This document shows, in pieces, positions 35,387 through 42,101 of a DNA stretch of 42,101 nt. The notes under the pieces were generated by a model. That model made no database searches. It saw nothing but the letters and a program-made list of their open reading frames with translations, and was not told the origin of the DNA. The stretch is from positions 1 to 42,101 of the forward strand of contig CALXKW010000002.1 of assembly GCA_944389045.1 (NCBI GenBank), given 5' to 3'. Within the stretch, counting starts at the first letter, position 1; each line of letters starts with the position of its first letter. The DNA is from an uncultured Clostridia bacterium (GTDB lineage Bacteria > Bacillota > Clostridia > Oscillospirales > CAG-272). The position numbers and the translations under genes are program-made.

Positions 35387-36757
35387 TCAGACATTTCGCA
35401 CGTCAAAGCTCTCCCGGATGATCTCCCGCACCTGTGCGAGCGTGAGCGCGCTCTCGTGCATGATCTGGCTTGCCAGATTCCCGATCGCAGTGGCCTCCTT
35501 CGGTCCGGCAAGAACCGGGATGCCGAGCGCCTCTTTCGTGAGACGGTTTAAGTAGTCGTCGGAGGAGCCGCCGCCCACGATCTGCAGCGCGGAAACGCGT
35601 TCCCCGGTGAGGGCCTCGAGACTCTCGACGGCCCTGCGGTAGGAGAAGGCCAGAGAGTGATAGACCGACGACAGAAGATCGGGAAGCGGTATGCTTGTTT
35701 CGCAAAGAAGCTTTTGTATCGCGGAGATCATGCTCTCCGGCGCGGAGAGCGATGGGTCGTTCACGTCGAAGATTTTGCGGTAGGAGCTGCTTTGCGCCAG
35801 CTGCATCATCCGATCATAGCTGTATTGTTTTCCGGTCTCGCGGCGGATGTTTTGAAGAAGCCACATGCCCATGATGTTCTTCAGGAAGCGATAGCGGAAT
35901 TCGATGCCGCCCTCGTTGGTGAAGTTTTCCCGCATGGCCTCCTGCGTTGTCAGCGGAGTACTTCTCTCCATGCCGATGAGGCTCCAGGTTCCGGAGGAGA
36001 GAACGGCCGCGTGGGGAAGTCCCAGAGAAGCGGCAAAGGCCGAGGCCGTGTCGTGCGAGGGGGCGGTGAGAACCTCGGCCGAAAAGCCGAGTATTTTTTC
36101 GGTCTCGGGAGAGAAGCGGCCGATCGATTCGGCGGGAAGCGTCAGCTTTCCGAAAAGAGAGGCTTTCAGGCCGAGTTTTTCGATCAGCGAGCGATCCCAT
36201 ATCTTTTCGGCGGCGTTTACAAGCGATGTGGTGGTGGCATTGGTGTATTCGTTGACCCTATTTCCGGTCAGCCGCCAGGCGAGATAGTCGGGCATCTGCA
36301 AAAAATATTCAGCCCGGTCGAGCCGTCCGGCCGTTTGGTCGCAGAAGAGCTGGTAAAGCGTGTTGAAGGGCTGGTACTGAATTCCCGTTTTCCGATAGAC
36401 TTCTTCTCGGGAAAGAAGCGCGTCTGCGGCAGGCACGACGGCGGCGCGCCGCGTGTCCCGGTAAGAATAGGCGGGCCCGATCAGCTGTCCGGATTTGTCG
36501 AGAAGGCAATAGTCCACGCCCCAGGTATCGATGGCCACCGTGGCGGGAATCTTGTTCTCCTGCTTGCAGCGCATCAGCCCGTCCATAATGCCCGAAAAGA
36601 GCTTTTCGGTGTTCCAGACAAGCGACCCTTCCCGGTCCTTTTCGACGCCGTTTTCAAAACGATAGATTTCTTCGGTGACAAGGCGCCCGTTTTCCAAATG
36701 TCCCAGAATGTGCCGTCCGCCCGAGGCGCCGATGTCGATGGCAAGATAGTAGACCAT
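35387..36757 (-). CDS. rhaB: rhamnulokinase (FGGY carbohydrate kinase family)
   Basis: 456 aa. N-terminus YLAIDIGASGGR, with IDTWGVDY and GGGSSDDYLNRLT. First gene of the rhaBAD order. Confidence 0.85.
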   Translation of the reverse strand: MVYYLAIDIGASGGRHILGHLENGRLVTEEIYRFENGVEKDREGSLVWNTEKLFSGIMDGLMRCKQENKIPATVAIDTWGVDYCLLDKSGQLIGPAYSYRDTRRAAVVPAADALLSREEVYRKTGIQYQPFNTLYQLFCDQTAGRLDRAEYFLQMPDYLAWRLTGNRVNEYTNATTTSLVNAAEKIWDRSLIEKLGLKASLFGKLTLPAESIGRFSPETEKILGFSAEVLTAPSHDTASAFAASLGLPHAAVLSSGTWSLIGMERSTPLTTQEAMRENFTNEGGIEFRYRFLKNIMGMWLLQNIRRETGKQYSYDRMMQLAQSSSYRKIFDVNDPSLSAPESMISAIQKLLCETSIPLPDLLSSVYHSLAFSYRRAVESLEALTGERVSALQIVGGGSSDDYLNRLTKEALGIPVLAGPKEATAIGNLASQIMHESALTLAQVREIIRESFDVRNV

Positions 36758-36786
36758 TTCTTCTCCTTTGCCTTGTATTTGGTTTT

Positions 36787-36815
36787 ATTATAGCGTTTTT
36801 CACGGAACGGAGCAA
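36787..36815 (-). promoter_or_regulatory. candidate rhaB promoter (TTGCTC-17 nt-TATAAT on the minus strand)
   Basis: The reverse complement of 36810-36815 is TTGCTC. The reverse complement of 36787-36792 is TATAAT. Lies about 30 nt upstream of the rhaB start. Confidence 0.45.
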
Positions 36816-37083
36816 GCGAAATATTTATCCATAAGAGTGTCTTTAGTTGCTTTTATCACCCGCTGCCCGAATTCTTCCGTCTAAGAGATTCGCCGGACAG
36901 AATCGGCCGGATGCTTTGGCGGCGTTTCCATGCGTTTGCCGGGCGAAATTTTTTGTCGGCCGGAAAACGCGGTGTGTTCACGCCGTGAAAGAGAGAATGC
37001 GGCCGCAAAAGAATACAGGGCCATATGAAAATTGCACTCCTGACGGGCCCTGACCGCAAAAAAGGAAAATGCCCCGAAAACGC

Positions 37084-37113
37084 TTGACAAACGCTTGACA
37101 AACATGCTATAAT
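37084..37113 (+). promoter_or_regulatory. tRNA-Gln promoter (TTGACA-18 nt-TGcTATAAT), -35 box tandemly duplicated
   Basis: CGCTTGACAAA occurs twice in tandem (37081-37102). TTGACA at 37084-37089 is correctly spaced to TATAAT at 37108-37113, with TG at 37105-37106. Confidence 0.55.
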
Positions 37114-37126
37114 ACACTGTACATTT

Positions 37127-37201
37127 TGGGATATCGCCAAGCGGTAAGGCACAAGACTTTGACTCTTGCATTCGCTGGTTCGAATCCAGCTATCCCAGCC
37201 A
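37127..37201 (+). tRNA. tRNA-Gln (anticodon UUG), CCA encoded
   Basis: Hand-folded cloverleaf: TGGGATA-TC-GCC-AAGCGGTAA-GGC-A-CAAGA-CTTTGAC-TCTTG-CATTC-GCTGG-TTCGAAT-CCAGC-TATCCCA-G-CCA. Confidence 0.9.
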
Positions 37202-37235
37202 AAAATCTCCTCGGACGAAGTTCGGGGAGATTTTT
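37201..37235 (+). terminator. terminator hairpin directly after tRNA-Gln
   Basis: AAAAATCTCCTCG-gacgaagtt-CGGGGAGATTTTT. Confidence 0.6.
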
Positions 37236-37237
37236 AC

Positions 37238-37265
37238 CTTTTCACTTTTCACTCTTCACTTTTCA
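37238..37265 (+). repeat. four tandem heptamers CTTTTCA (one CTCTTCA variant)
   Basis: Read directly: CTTTTCA CTTTTCA CTCTTCA CTTTTCA, centred between the arms of the 19-bp inverted repeat. Confidence 0.85.
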
Positions 37266-37320
37266 CTAAATCCGTCCGAGGAGATTTTTGGCAAAGTAAT
37301 AAGTAATAGTGAAAGTGCAC

Positions 37321-37446
37321 GAAAACGGAGATTTCGAGAGATTTCTCCGGCACCTTGGTTCGCCAAGGTGCTTTTTTCGACTCTGAAGTTTTTTGAAATT
37401 TTGTAGATGCATTTCGGGGTTTTTCAATCTGTGGCTGGATTCGAAC
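37321..37446 (+). repeat. R1 copy A: ~126-nt conserved non-coding element containing a strong terminator hairpin (37350-37377)
   Basis: About 90% identical by eye to 38961-39087. Contains GCACCTTGG-ttcg-CCAAGGTGC-TTTTTT. The 3' end carries, inverted, 13 nt identical to the tRNA-Gln T-arm (GTTCGAATCCAGC). Confidence 0.85.
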
Positions 37447-37576
37447 GGACTAATATAACACAAATTGATAATTATTCTCTCAAGATGCGTTATTGGTTTC
37501 TTTGTTTTTCTGTTGTATAATATAGATGTCGACAGAAGATAAGCTTTGCAAGGTACTAACATACAAGGAGGAAACC

Positions 37577-38761
37577 ATGAAACTTACAATCGGTGAAAAC
37601 ATCCGCAATTTTCGAAAGAAAAACGATCTGACACAGGAGGCTCTCGCTGACCGTTTGGGTGTAACATATCAATCTATCAGCCGTTGGGAAAACGGAACGA
37701 CATATCCCGATCTTGAATTGATTCCTGCCATTGCCGAGGTGCTTGCCGTTACTGTCGACGAGCTCCTTGGAATGCCTCAGATCGAAAAAGAAAAACGTGC
37801 AATTGAGGCGTTTGACGAGCTTCGCCGCGAGTGTATAAAACGTGATTATAATGCAGACAAGATCGTAAGTCTTCTTCGTGATATACGAAGAAATTTTCTT
37901 GACAGCGGCTCTGCATGGCGTCCGTGGGTTGAGGGAAACGAGCGAGCATTTCGCGATCCCAAAATACTTCCCGAGGTGCGCTTGCTGGCAGAAGCCTATC
38001 TTGAACGCAATCCTATGTATCCGCACACAATCATAACAATGGCAGAAATTGAGGACGAAGATAAAATAGAGGAATTTTTGAGCAAACACACCACAGCCTT
38101 CGATTGTTCCAAGCGTGCATTATTATTTAAAAGATATTGGCTGCGTGGCGATGCAGAACGGTTTGAGCCAGAACGCAGATATCAATTATATAATGCCTTT
38201 AGCACTTTGCTTTCCCCTCATCGCTATCTGCTACAGTTGGATGAAAATAATGAGCACAGAGCGGCGGCAGATAAATTTATGGAAACTATACTCTCACTAA
38301 TTCGCTTTGATGCCGCGGATAATCGCCCGGATATATGGATAGAGGATCGCATGGCACTCGGAATTAAATCTGCAGTACGTTCGATATCATCGGGTAATCA
38401 TGAAGAGGCTCTTTCGCAAATAGAGGCTGTGGTCAAATTGTTAGAGGAGACTATGATGATCACGGATGAAGTTCTGTTGCCGACATCAAACCGATTTCTT
38501 GACGGAATGGAATGGCTGGCAAAAGAAGATTGGATGGACCGTGATAATAATCCCGACAGCCCGGAAGAGCGAATGATCTTTATAATTACTCAGATGAACG
38601 ATAATAGGGGATGTTTTTCTAGGTGTTATTGCATATTTCCCAGCAAATATTATGATGTTGTCAACGGAAAATCTTTTGACCTTATTCGTAATCATCCGGA
38701 TTTTGAAAAACTTTGTGAGAGAGTAAAGGCGTTGATAGTAACAAAGCCAAAGGAAAATTAA
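37577..38761 (+). CDS. XRE-family HTH protein with ~325-aa helical C-terminal domain (394 aa)
   Basis: ATG at 37577, 5 nt after AAGGAGG. Promoter TTGGTT-17-TATAAT at 37493-37521. HTH segment IRNFRKKNDLTQEALADRLGVTYQSISRWENG. Confidence 0.8.
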   Translation: MKLTIGENIRNFRKKNDLTQEALADRLGVTYQSISRWENGTTYPDLELIPAIAEVLAVTVDELLGMPQIEKEKRAIEAFDELRRECIKRDYNADKIVSLLRDIRRNFLDSGSAWRPWVEGNERAFRDPKILPEVRLLAEAYLERNPMYPHTIITMAEIEDEDKIEEFLSKHTTAFDCSKRALLFKRYWLRGDAERFEPERRYQLYNAFSTLLSPHRYLLQLDENNEHRAAADKFMETILSLIRFDAADNRPDIWIEDRMALGIKSAVRSISSGNHEEALSQIEAVVKLLEETMMITDEVLLPTSNRFLDGMEWLAKEDWMDRDNNPDSPEERMIFIITQMNDNRGCFSRCYCIFPSKYYDVVNGKSFDLIRNHPDFEKLCERVKALIVTKPKEN

Positions 38762-38765
38762 AACC

Positions 38766-38933
38766 TACATAGTTTCGTTTAAAAGCATGGCGTTGTGCCC
38801 CGGAAGACAGCGGACAAGTGCACCGCCCATCATCGCCAAGGGGTTAGTCTACCCTCTGCAAAATTATCGTGCATCTAAATTGTACACACACGTTTTTGCA
38901 TCTTTTTCGTACACTCATCCCATAGGCGTGGTC
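38766..38933 (+). repeat. R2 copy A: ~170-nt semi-conserved non-coding element downstream of XRE gene A
   Basis: Shares blocks with 40207-40376: ACATAG.TTTCGTTT..AAGCATGGCGTT, CCATCATCGCCAAGG.GTTA.TCT.CCCT, GTGCATCTAAAT.GTACAC, TTGCATCT and CATAGGCGTGGTC. Confidence 0.75.
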
Positions 38934-38960
38934 AAAAAAGATGCAGCCACGAAGACAAGG

Positions 38961-39087
38961 GAAAAACGGAGATATCGAGAGATTTCTCCGGCACCTTGGT
39001 TCGCCAAGGTGCTTTTTTCGACTTTGAAGTTTTTTGAAATTTTGTAGATGCATTTCGGGCTTTTCGAACCTGTAGACAGATTCGAAC
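38961..39087 (+). repeat. R1 copy B (terminator hairpin at 38991-39018)
   Basis: See R1 copy A. The same hairpin and flanking sequence are present. Confidence 0.85.
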
Positions 39088-39367
39088 CGCCACACCGTAG
39101 GGGTCGGCGCTTCGACGACCCGAAAATCCGCCGCACAAACGGACTGCCGAGGGGCCAGCCCCTACCGTTCAAAATTTATTTACAAAGCCGTAGCTGTAAC
39201 GATGTTTTGGACAGATTTGAACTAACGAAAATAACTTTCAAAGAGATTAATCCAACCATTTGGAGATTTTTTGATACGAAAACTTTACCAGATCGACAAA
39301 TGATATATTCACTTTAAGACTGACGTGTACTATAATATAACCGCAAAAGCAAGGAGGGGAAACGGTT

Positions 39368-40213
39368 ATGAGTATCGGAAAAAACATTGCAAAATACAGA
39401 AAAGTAAGAGGCTTAACGCAAGAGGAATTAGGTACAAAACTTGGAGTGACCAATCAAGCAGTATCAAAATGGGAATCGGAAGTTTCGATGCCCGACGTAA
39501 TGCTTATTCCAGAAATCGCAAAGGCTTTGAGCATATCCTTGGATGATATATATGGACTAGTAAAAGAACCCGAAAGTGTATCTGTTTCAGCAGACGACTT
39601 TCCGGCTTTCTGCCATAATAAACTAATTGAGTTATTCTACTATAATACGAGAATGAGATACACTCACATTGGTTCATCCGACAAAGAACAGTTGGAATAT
39701 CTGAGCAAAAAGTTGATGGATGGCTGCAGAATCGGTTGTCTTTCCAATACGCAAGGTGCAATCGTTATAACAGAAGATTTTGCGTTCATCGATAATACAT
39801 ATAAAGCTCCCGAAAGCGAAAGTATTATTAAAAATCAAGTGGATGGTACACTCATGTATTTAACAGATCAGAATCTACGAAAGGTTTTTAACTATCAGTA
39901 CAAAACCGCTTTTGCAAAATCGAAAGTGAATGACACTGAATTTACCTTTGAGGAAATCATGAATGCTTGTAATCTCACAGAAGGCGAAACCGCAGCGGCT
40001 TTAAGGCTCTTAAAGGATACTCGCTTCAATGAGGTTTATACCGATAAGGCAACTAAAACAAAAAAGTATGTGATTTTGATTTCAAACGCTTTATACGCTC
40101 ATTCAATTTATAAGCTTGCTGAATTACTGTCCGAAGATGCTTGCTGGGTTGTTGTGAGAGATTCATCTATACTATCCGACTACGCTTTCGAAAAACAACA
40201 AATATTTACATAG
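39368..40213 (+). CDS. XRE-family HTH protein with unrelated ~215-aa C-terminal domain (281 aa)
   Basis: RBS AAGGAGGGG. TATAAT at 39331-39336. HTH segment IAKYRKVRGLTQEELGTKLGVTNQAVSKWESE. Confidence 0.8.
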   Translation: MSIGKNIAKYRKVRGLTQEELGTKLGVTNQAVSKWESEVSMPDVMLIPEIAKALSISLDDIYGLVKEPESVSVSADDFPAFCHNKLIELFYYNTRMRYTHIGSSDKEQLEYLSKKLMDGCRIGCLSNTQGAIVITEDFAFIDNTYKAPESESIIKNQVDGTLMYLTDQNLRKVFNYQYKTAFAKSKVNDTEFTFEEIMNACNLTEGETAAALRLLKDTRFNEVYTDKATKTKKYVILISNALYAHSIYKLAELLSEDACWVVVRDSSILSDYAFEKQQIFT

Positions 40214-40376
40214 ATTTCGTTTGCAAGCATGGCGTTAAAAGTTCGTTAGGTCGCGGATATTTTTAACTTCCATCATCGCCAAGGAGTTAATCTGCCCTTG
40301 CTCGAAAAGCAGTGCATCTAAATCGTACACTCGCAGCCTTGCATCTAAATCGGAGTCACATTACATAGGCGTGGTC
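40207..40376 (+). repeat. R2 copy B (begins at the last codons and TAG stop of XRE gene B)
   Basis: See R2 copy A. Confidence 0.75.
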
Positions 40377-40387
40377 GATTTCGGTCC

Positions 40388-40436
40388 GCGCCAAAAAACG
40401 GGAGCACTTTTTTCATAGCTCCCGTTTTTTTGGCGC
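40388..40436. terminator. 18-bp stem bidirectional terminator
   Basis: GCGCCAAAAAACGGGAGC-actttttcata-GCTCCCGTTTTTTTGGCGC. Confidence 0.8.
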
Positions 40437-40914
40437 CTGATTTTTTCAGGATCAGAATGAAGGCGGCGGCGTATAGTTAGTCAAATTTTCAGCTTTAAGG
40501 CATATTGGATACGGCAGAATACTATATTGGAATAAGAATACTGTGTGGAAGCAAGGCGTATGTTTGATCCTAATATTAAAATAGGCCATTCCGTCAATCT
40601 CTGGATTTCCGAAAACAATCCTTCTGGGATGGTAAAGGAGAAAAAAAGCAAGAATATTTCGGAAGCCGCACCTGTTATGGTTTTACCCGAAGAATCGACC
40701 AATATCGCGGCTTCTTCCGCAGTAAACGGACATTGATATCTATAAAACGAATCTGTCCTTTGATACCGAAATGTGGCAGTATTATGCTAAGCAGGTATTT
40801 GAAAAACATTTCAAATTGATTGAAGATTGGTTGGATGATAAGACGGGAGCAGTCAGCTTGCTTCCAAAATAGATTTTTCAAGATAAAGCGGGCTTTGAAA
40901 AATAAAGATTCATG

Positions 40915-40950
40915 AAAAAACGTCTCTGCCAAGCGGCAGAGACGTTTTTT
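40915..40950. terminator. bidirectional terminator downstream of the mannosidase gene
   Basis: AAAAAACGTCTCTGCC-aagc-GGCAGAGACGTTTTTT, 20 nt beyond the stop at 40970. Confidence 0.8.
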
Positions 40951-40969
40951 CAATTTTTCTAAGTCGGTT

Positions 40970-42101
40970 TTATTTTGTCAGCATGAAGGTGGCGATTTCG
41001 AAGGGGCGGAAGCTGTAATCCACGCAGCCGTCCTCTTGAATGGGAAGCTCGTATTTGATATCCTCCAGAATGTTGGTGCGGTAGACATGCTTGACGTCTT
41101 TGCCGACGTAGATCTTCGCATTGGTGCGGCAGCGCTCGGCCTCGTAAAGACGGGCTACGTAAGCGCCTTTTACCAATTCGGCGGGTTTGACCGCCTCGCA
41201 GATGATGTTATCGGCGTCGATGCCGAGTACGGGGGCATATCCGTCTTTCAGTCTGCCCGCGGCCGGGACGGCGGGGATGTTGAGCAGGTAGGCGGGCTTG
41301 ACCACGCTGTCCACCGAGAAGGGAGCGTTGTGCGGCAGGAAGGAATAGGTCACTTCATGAACGCCCTCGTCGCCGGTCACATCGGGGTGCGTGCCGCCCT
41401 TGTGCAGGGTAAGGCGCAGATGCGAGCCGTCGGCCGAAATTCCGTATTTGCAGTCGTTCAGGATGGCAACGCCGTAGCGGCTCTCCGAAAGGTCGCTCCA
41501 CTTGTGGTTGCAGACCTCGAACTTGGCGATCTCATAGCTGTTGTTCTCGGTGGTGGGACGCTCGATGTGTCCGAACTGAATTTCGTTCTTGACGGTGAGC
41601 GAATTGATGTCGAGATCGAAGCCGGTCTTGAGCAGGGTGTGCTTGTCGTGCCAGTCGATGACGGTATGGAAATCTACCTTGGCCGTGTCGGCATAGAAAA
41701 GGATATCCTGCGTCAGGGTGGAGTAAGAGCCGATCTTATAGACCGCGCGGAGGATGAAGGCGAGCGGCCCGTCGGATACCGTCTCGAAAGATACGAGCTC
41801 CTTCTGCGGGAAGACCTTCAGCATCGTCTCGTAGTCGATGTCCCAGTTATCCCAGGCGTTGGGCACGTCCTCGCCGGTATAGAAGGTGTTGAGCGGCTCG
41901 CCCCCCTCGCGGCGAAGCTCTCTTTCGGCTTCCTTGTCGTAGAAGGAAGCCATGCCGCCGTTTTCGTCAAAGACGACTTTGGCAAACGGAGTTTCGAGCG
42001 TTCGGTCGGCAAAGGTGAAGGGGGAAGAGCCCGTTTCGGCGGAATCGGTCAGAGCGAAGGAGGCGGCGCCGAAGGCGTCGAGCTCCACGCCGCCCACGAG
42101 A
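40970..42101 (-). CDS. GH38 alpha-mannosidase, C-terminal ~375 aa (5' end outside the window)
   Basis: The frame is open to the window edge. ...NAWDNWDIDYE..., IQFGHIERPTTENNSYEIAKFEVCNHKWSDLSE..YGVAILNDCKYG and LTLHKGGTHPDVTGDEGVHEVTYSFLPH match the GH38 C-terminal region. Confidence 0.8.
   Translation of the reverse strand, partial: LVGGVELDAFGAASFALTDSAETGSSPFTFADRTLETPFAKVVFDENGGMASFYDKEAERELRREGGEPLNTFYTGEDVPNAWDNWDIDYETMLKVFPQKELVSFETVSDGPLAFILRAVYKIGSYSTLTQDILFYADTAKVDFHTVIDWHDKHTLLKTGFDLDINSLTVKNEIQFGHIERPTTENNSYEIAKFEVCNHKWSDLSESRYGVAILNDCKYGISADGSHLRLTLHKGGTHPDVTGDEGVHEVTYSFLPHNAPFSVDSVVKPAYLLNIPAVPAAGRLKDGYAPVLGIDADNIICEAVKPAELVKGAYVARLYEAERCRTNAKIYVGKDVKHVYRTNILEDIKYELPIQEDGCVDYSFRPFEIATFMLTK

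Larger units (their letters stand above)
37199..37291. repeat. perfect 19-bp inverted repeat whose left arm overlaps the tRNA-Gln 3' end
   Basis: CCAAAAATCTCCTCGGACG (37199-37217) and its exact reverse complement CGTCCGAGGAGATTTTTGG (37273-37291). Confidence 0.85.

Noticed and set aside
33172-36793. Plus-strand ORFs of 248-378 aa (33172-34152, 33815-34654, 34805-35551, 35657-36793) across the rhamnose genes.
   Set aside because: They overlap rhaD, rhaA and rhaB, which are recognisable along their full lengths on the minus strand. The translations are Arg/Gly-rich shadows.
38762-38960. Idea that the XRE genes are RRNPP-type quorum-sensing receptors with a pheromone peptide gene in R2, and the alternative idea that R2 is an integron attC site or a tRNA-like pseudogene.
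   Set aside because: - No conserved small ORF with a hydrophobic leader exists in R2 (MALCPG... versus MALKVR*).
- Only one copy has a GTTRRRY-like core, and no integron integrase is present.
- The GCCAAGG and CTGCAAA strings do not fold into a cloverleaf.
- TPR-like character of the C-terminal domains cannot be judged by eye.
37266-39095. ORFs that share the peptide PEMHLQNFKKLQSRKKHLGEPRCRRNLS (minus, 37266-37562 and 38844-39095) or ISPAPWFAKVLFSTLKFFEIL (plus, 38787-39047).
   Set aside because: The shared peptides are simply translations of the R1 repeat and run straight through its terminator hairpin. Outside the repeat the ORFs are unrelated.
1-42101. Looked for CRISPR arrays, rRNA genes, intact IS or transposase genes, a reverse transcriptase (retron, DGR or group II intron) and restriction-modification genes.
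   Set aside because: I found no regularly spaced direct repeats beyond those reported. None of the ORFs carries motifs of these families. Absence is judged by eye only.

Overview
About 42 kb of chromosome from a Gram-positive, Clostridia-like anaerobe. This taxon guess rests on gene content only. All domain calls come from reading the translated ORFs against remembered family signatures. No searches were run.

**Layout**
- **1-9.1 kb:** a compact same-strand fatty-acid/phospholipid block. It runs fabD(partial)-fabG-fabF-accB-fabZ-accC-accD-accA, then an embedded AMP-dependent acyl-CoA synthetase, then plsX and acpS.
- **9.1-21.6 kb:** a visibly lower-G+C accessory stretch ending at tRNA-Pro(UGG). 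It contains:
  - a multi-PAS/winged-helix regulator;
  - a strongly promoted two-gene operon (a 144-152 aa orphan plus a 1744-aa MolR/YehI-like, DUF4132-type giant);
  - an integrase N-terminal fragment;
  - a convergent 450-aa helical orphan;
  - a 45-nt duplicate of the tRNA-Pro 3' half;
  - about 2.2 kb of gene debris (frameshifted AbiEi, truncated AbiEii, intact DUF4177, and YjbR and GNAT fragments).
- **22.4-36.8 kb:** high-G+C, core-like genes. These are a 1223-aa membrane-anchored Flg_new/BspA-LRR/discoidin surface protein, trxA, two fused ABC ATPase-FtsX permease genes, and rhaB-rhaA-rhaD.
- **37.1-40.95 kb:** a second low-G+C islet directly 3' of tRNA-Gln(UUG). It holds two divergent XRE-family genes, each embedded in the same conserved non-coding flanks.
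- **Right edge:** the 3' part of a GH38 alpha-mannosidase gene.

**Best candidates for something undescribed**
1. The small-protein + DUF4132-type giant operon at 11.66-17.5 kb, and possibly the convergent 450-aa orphan.
2. The cassette-like XRE modules, whose non-coding flanks are far better conserved than the genes they enclose.

No CRISPR array, rRNA, intact transposase or intact integrase was seen.
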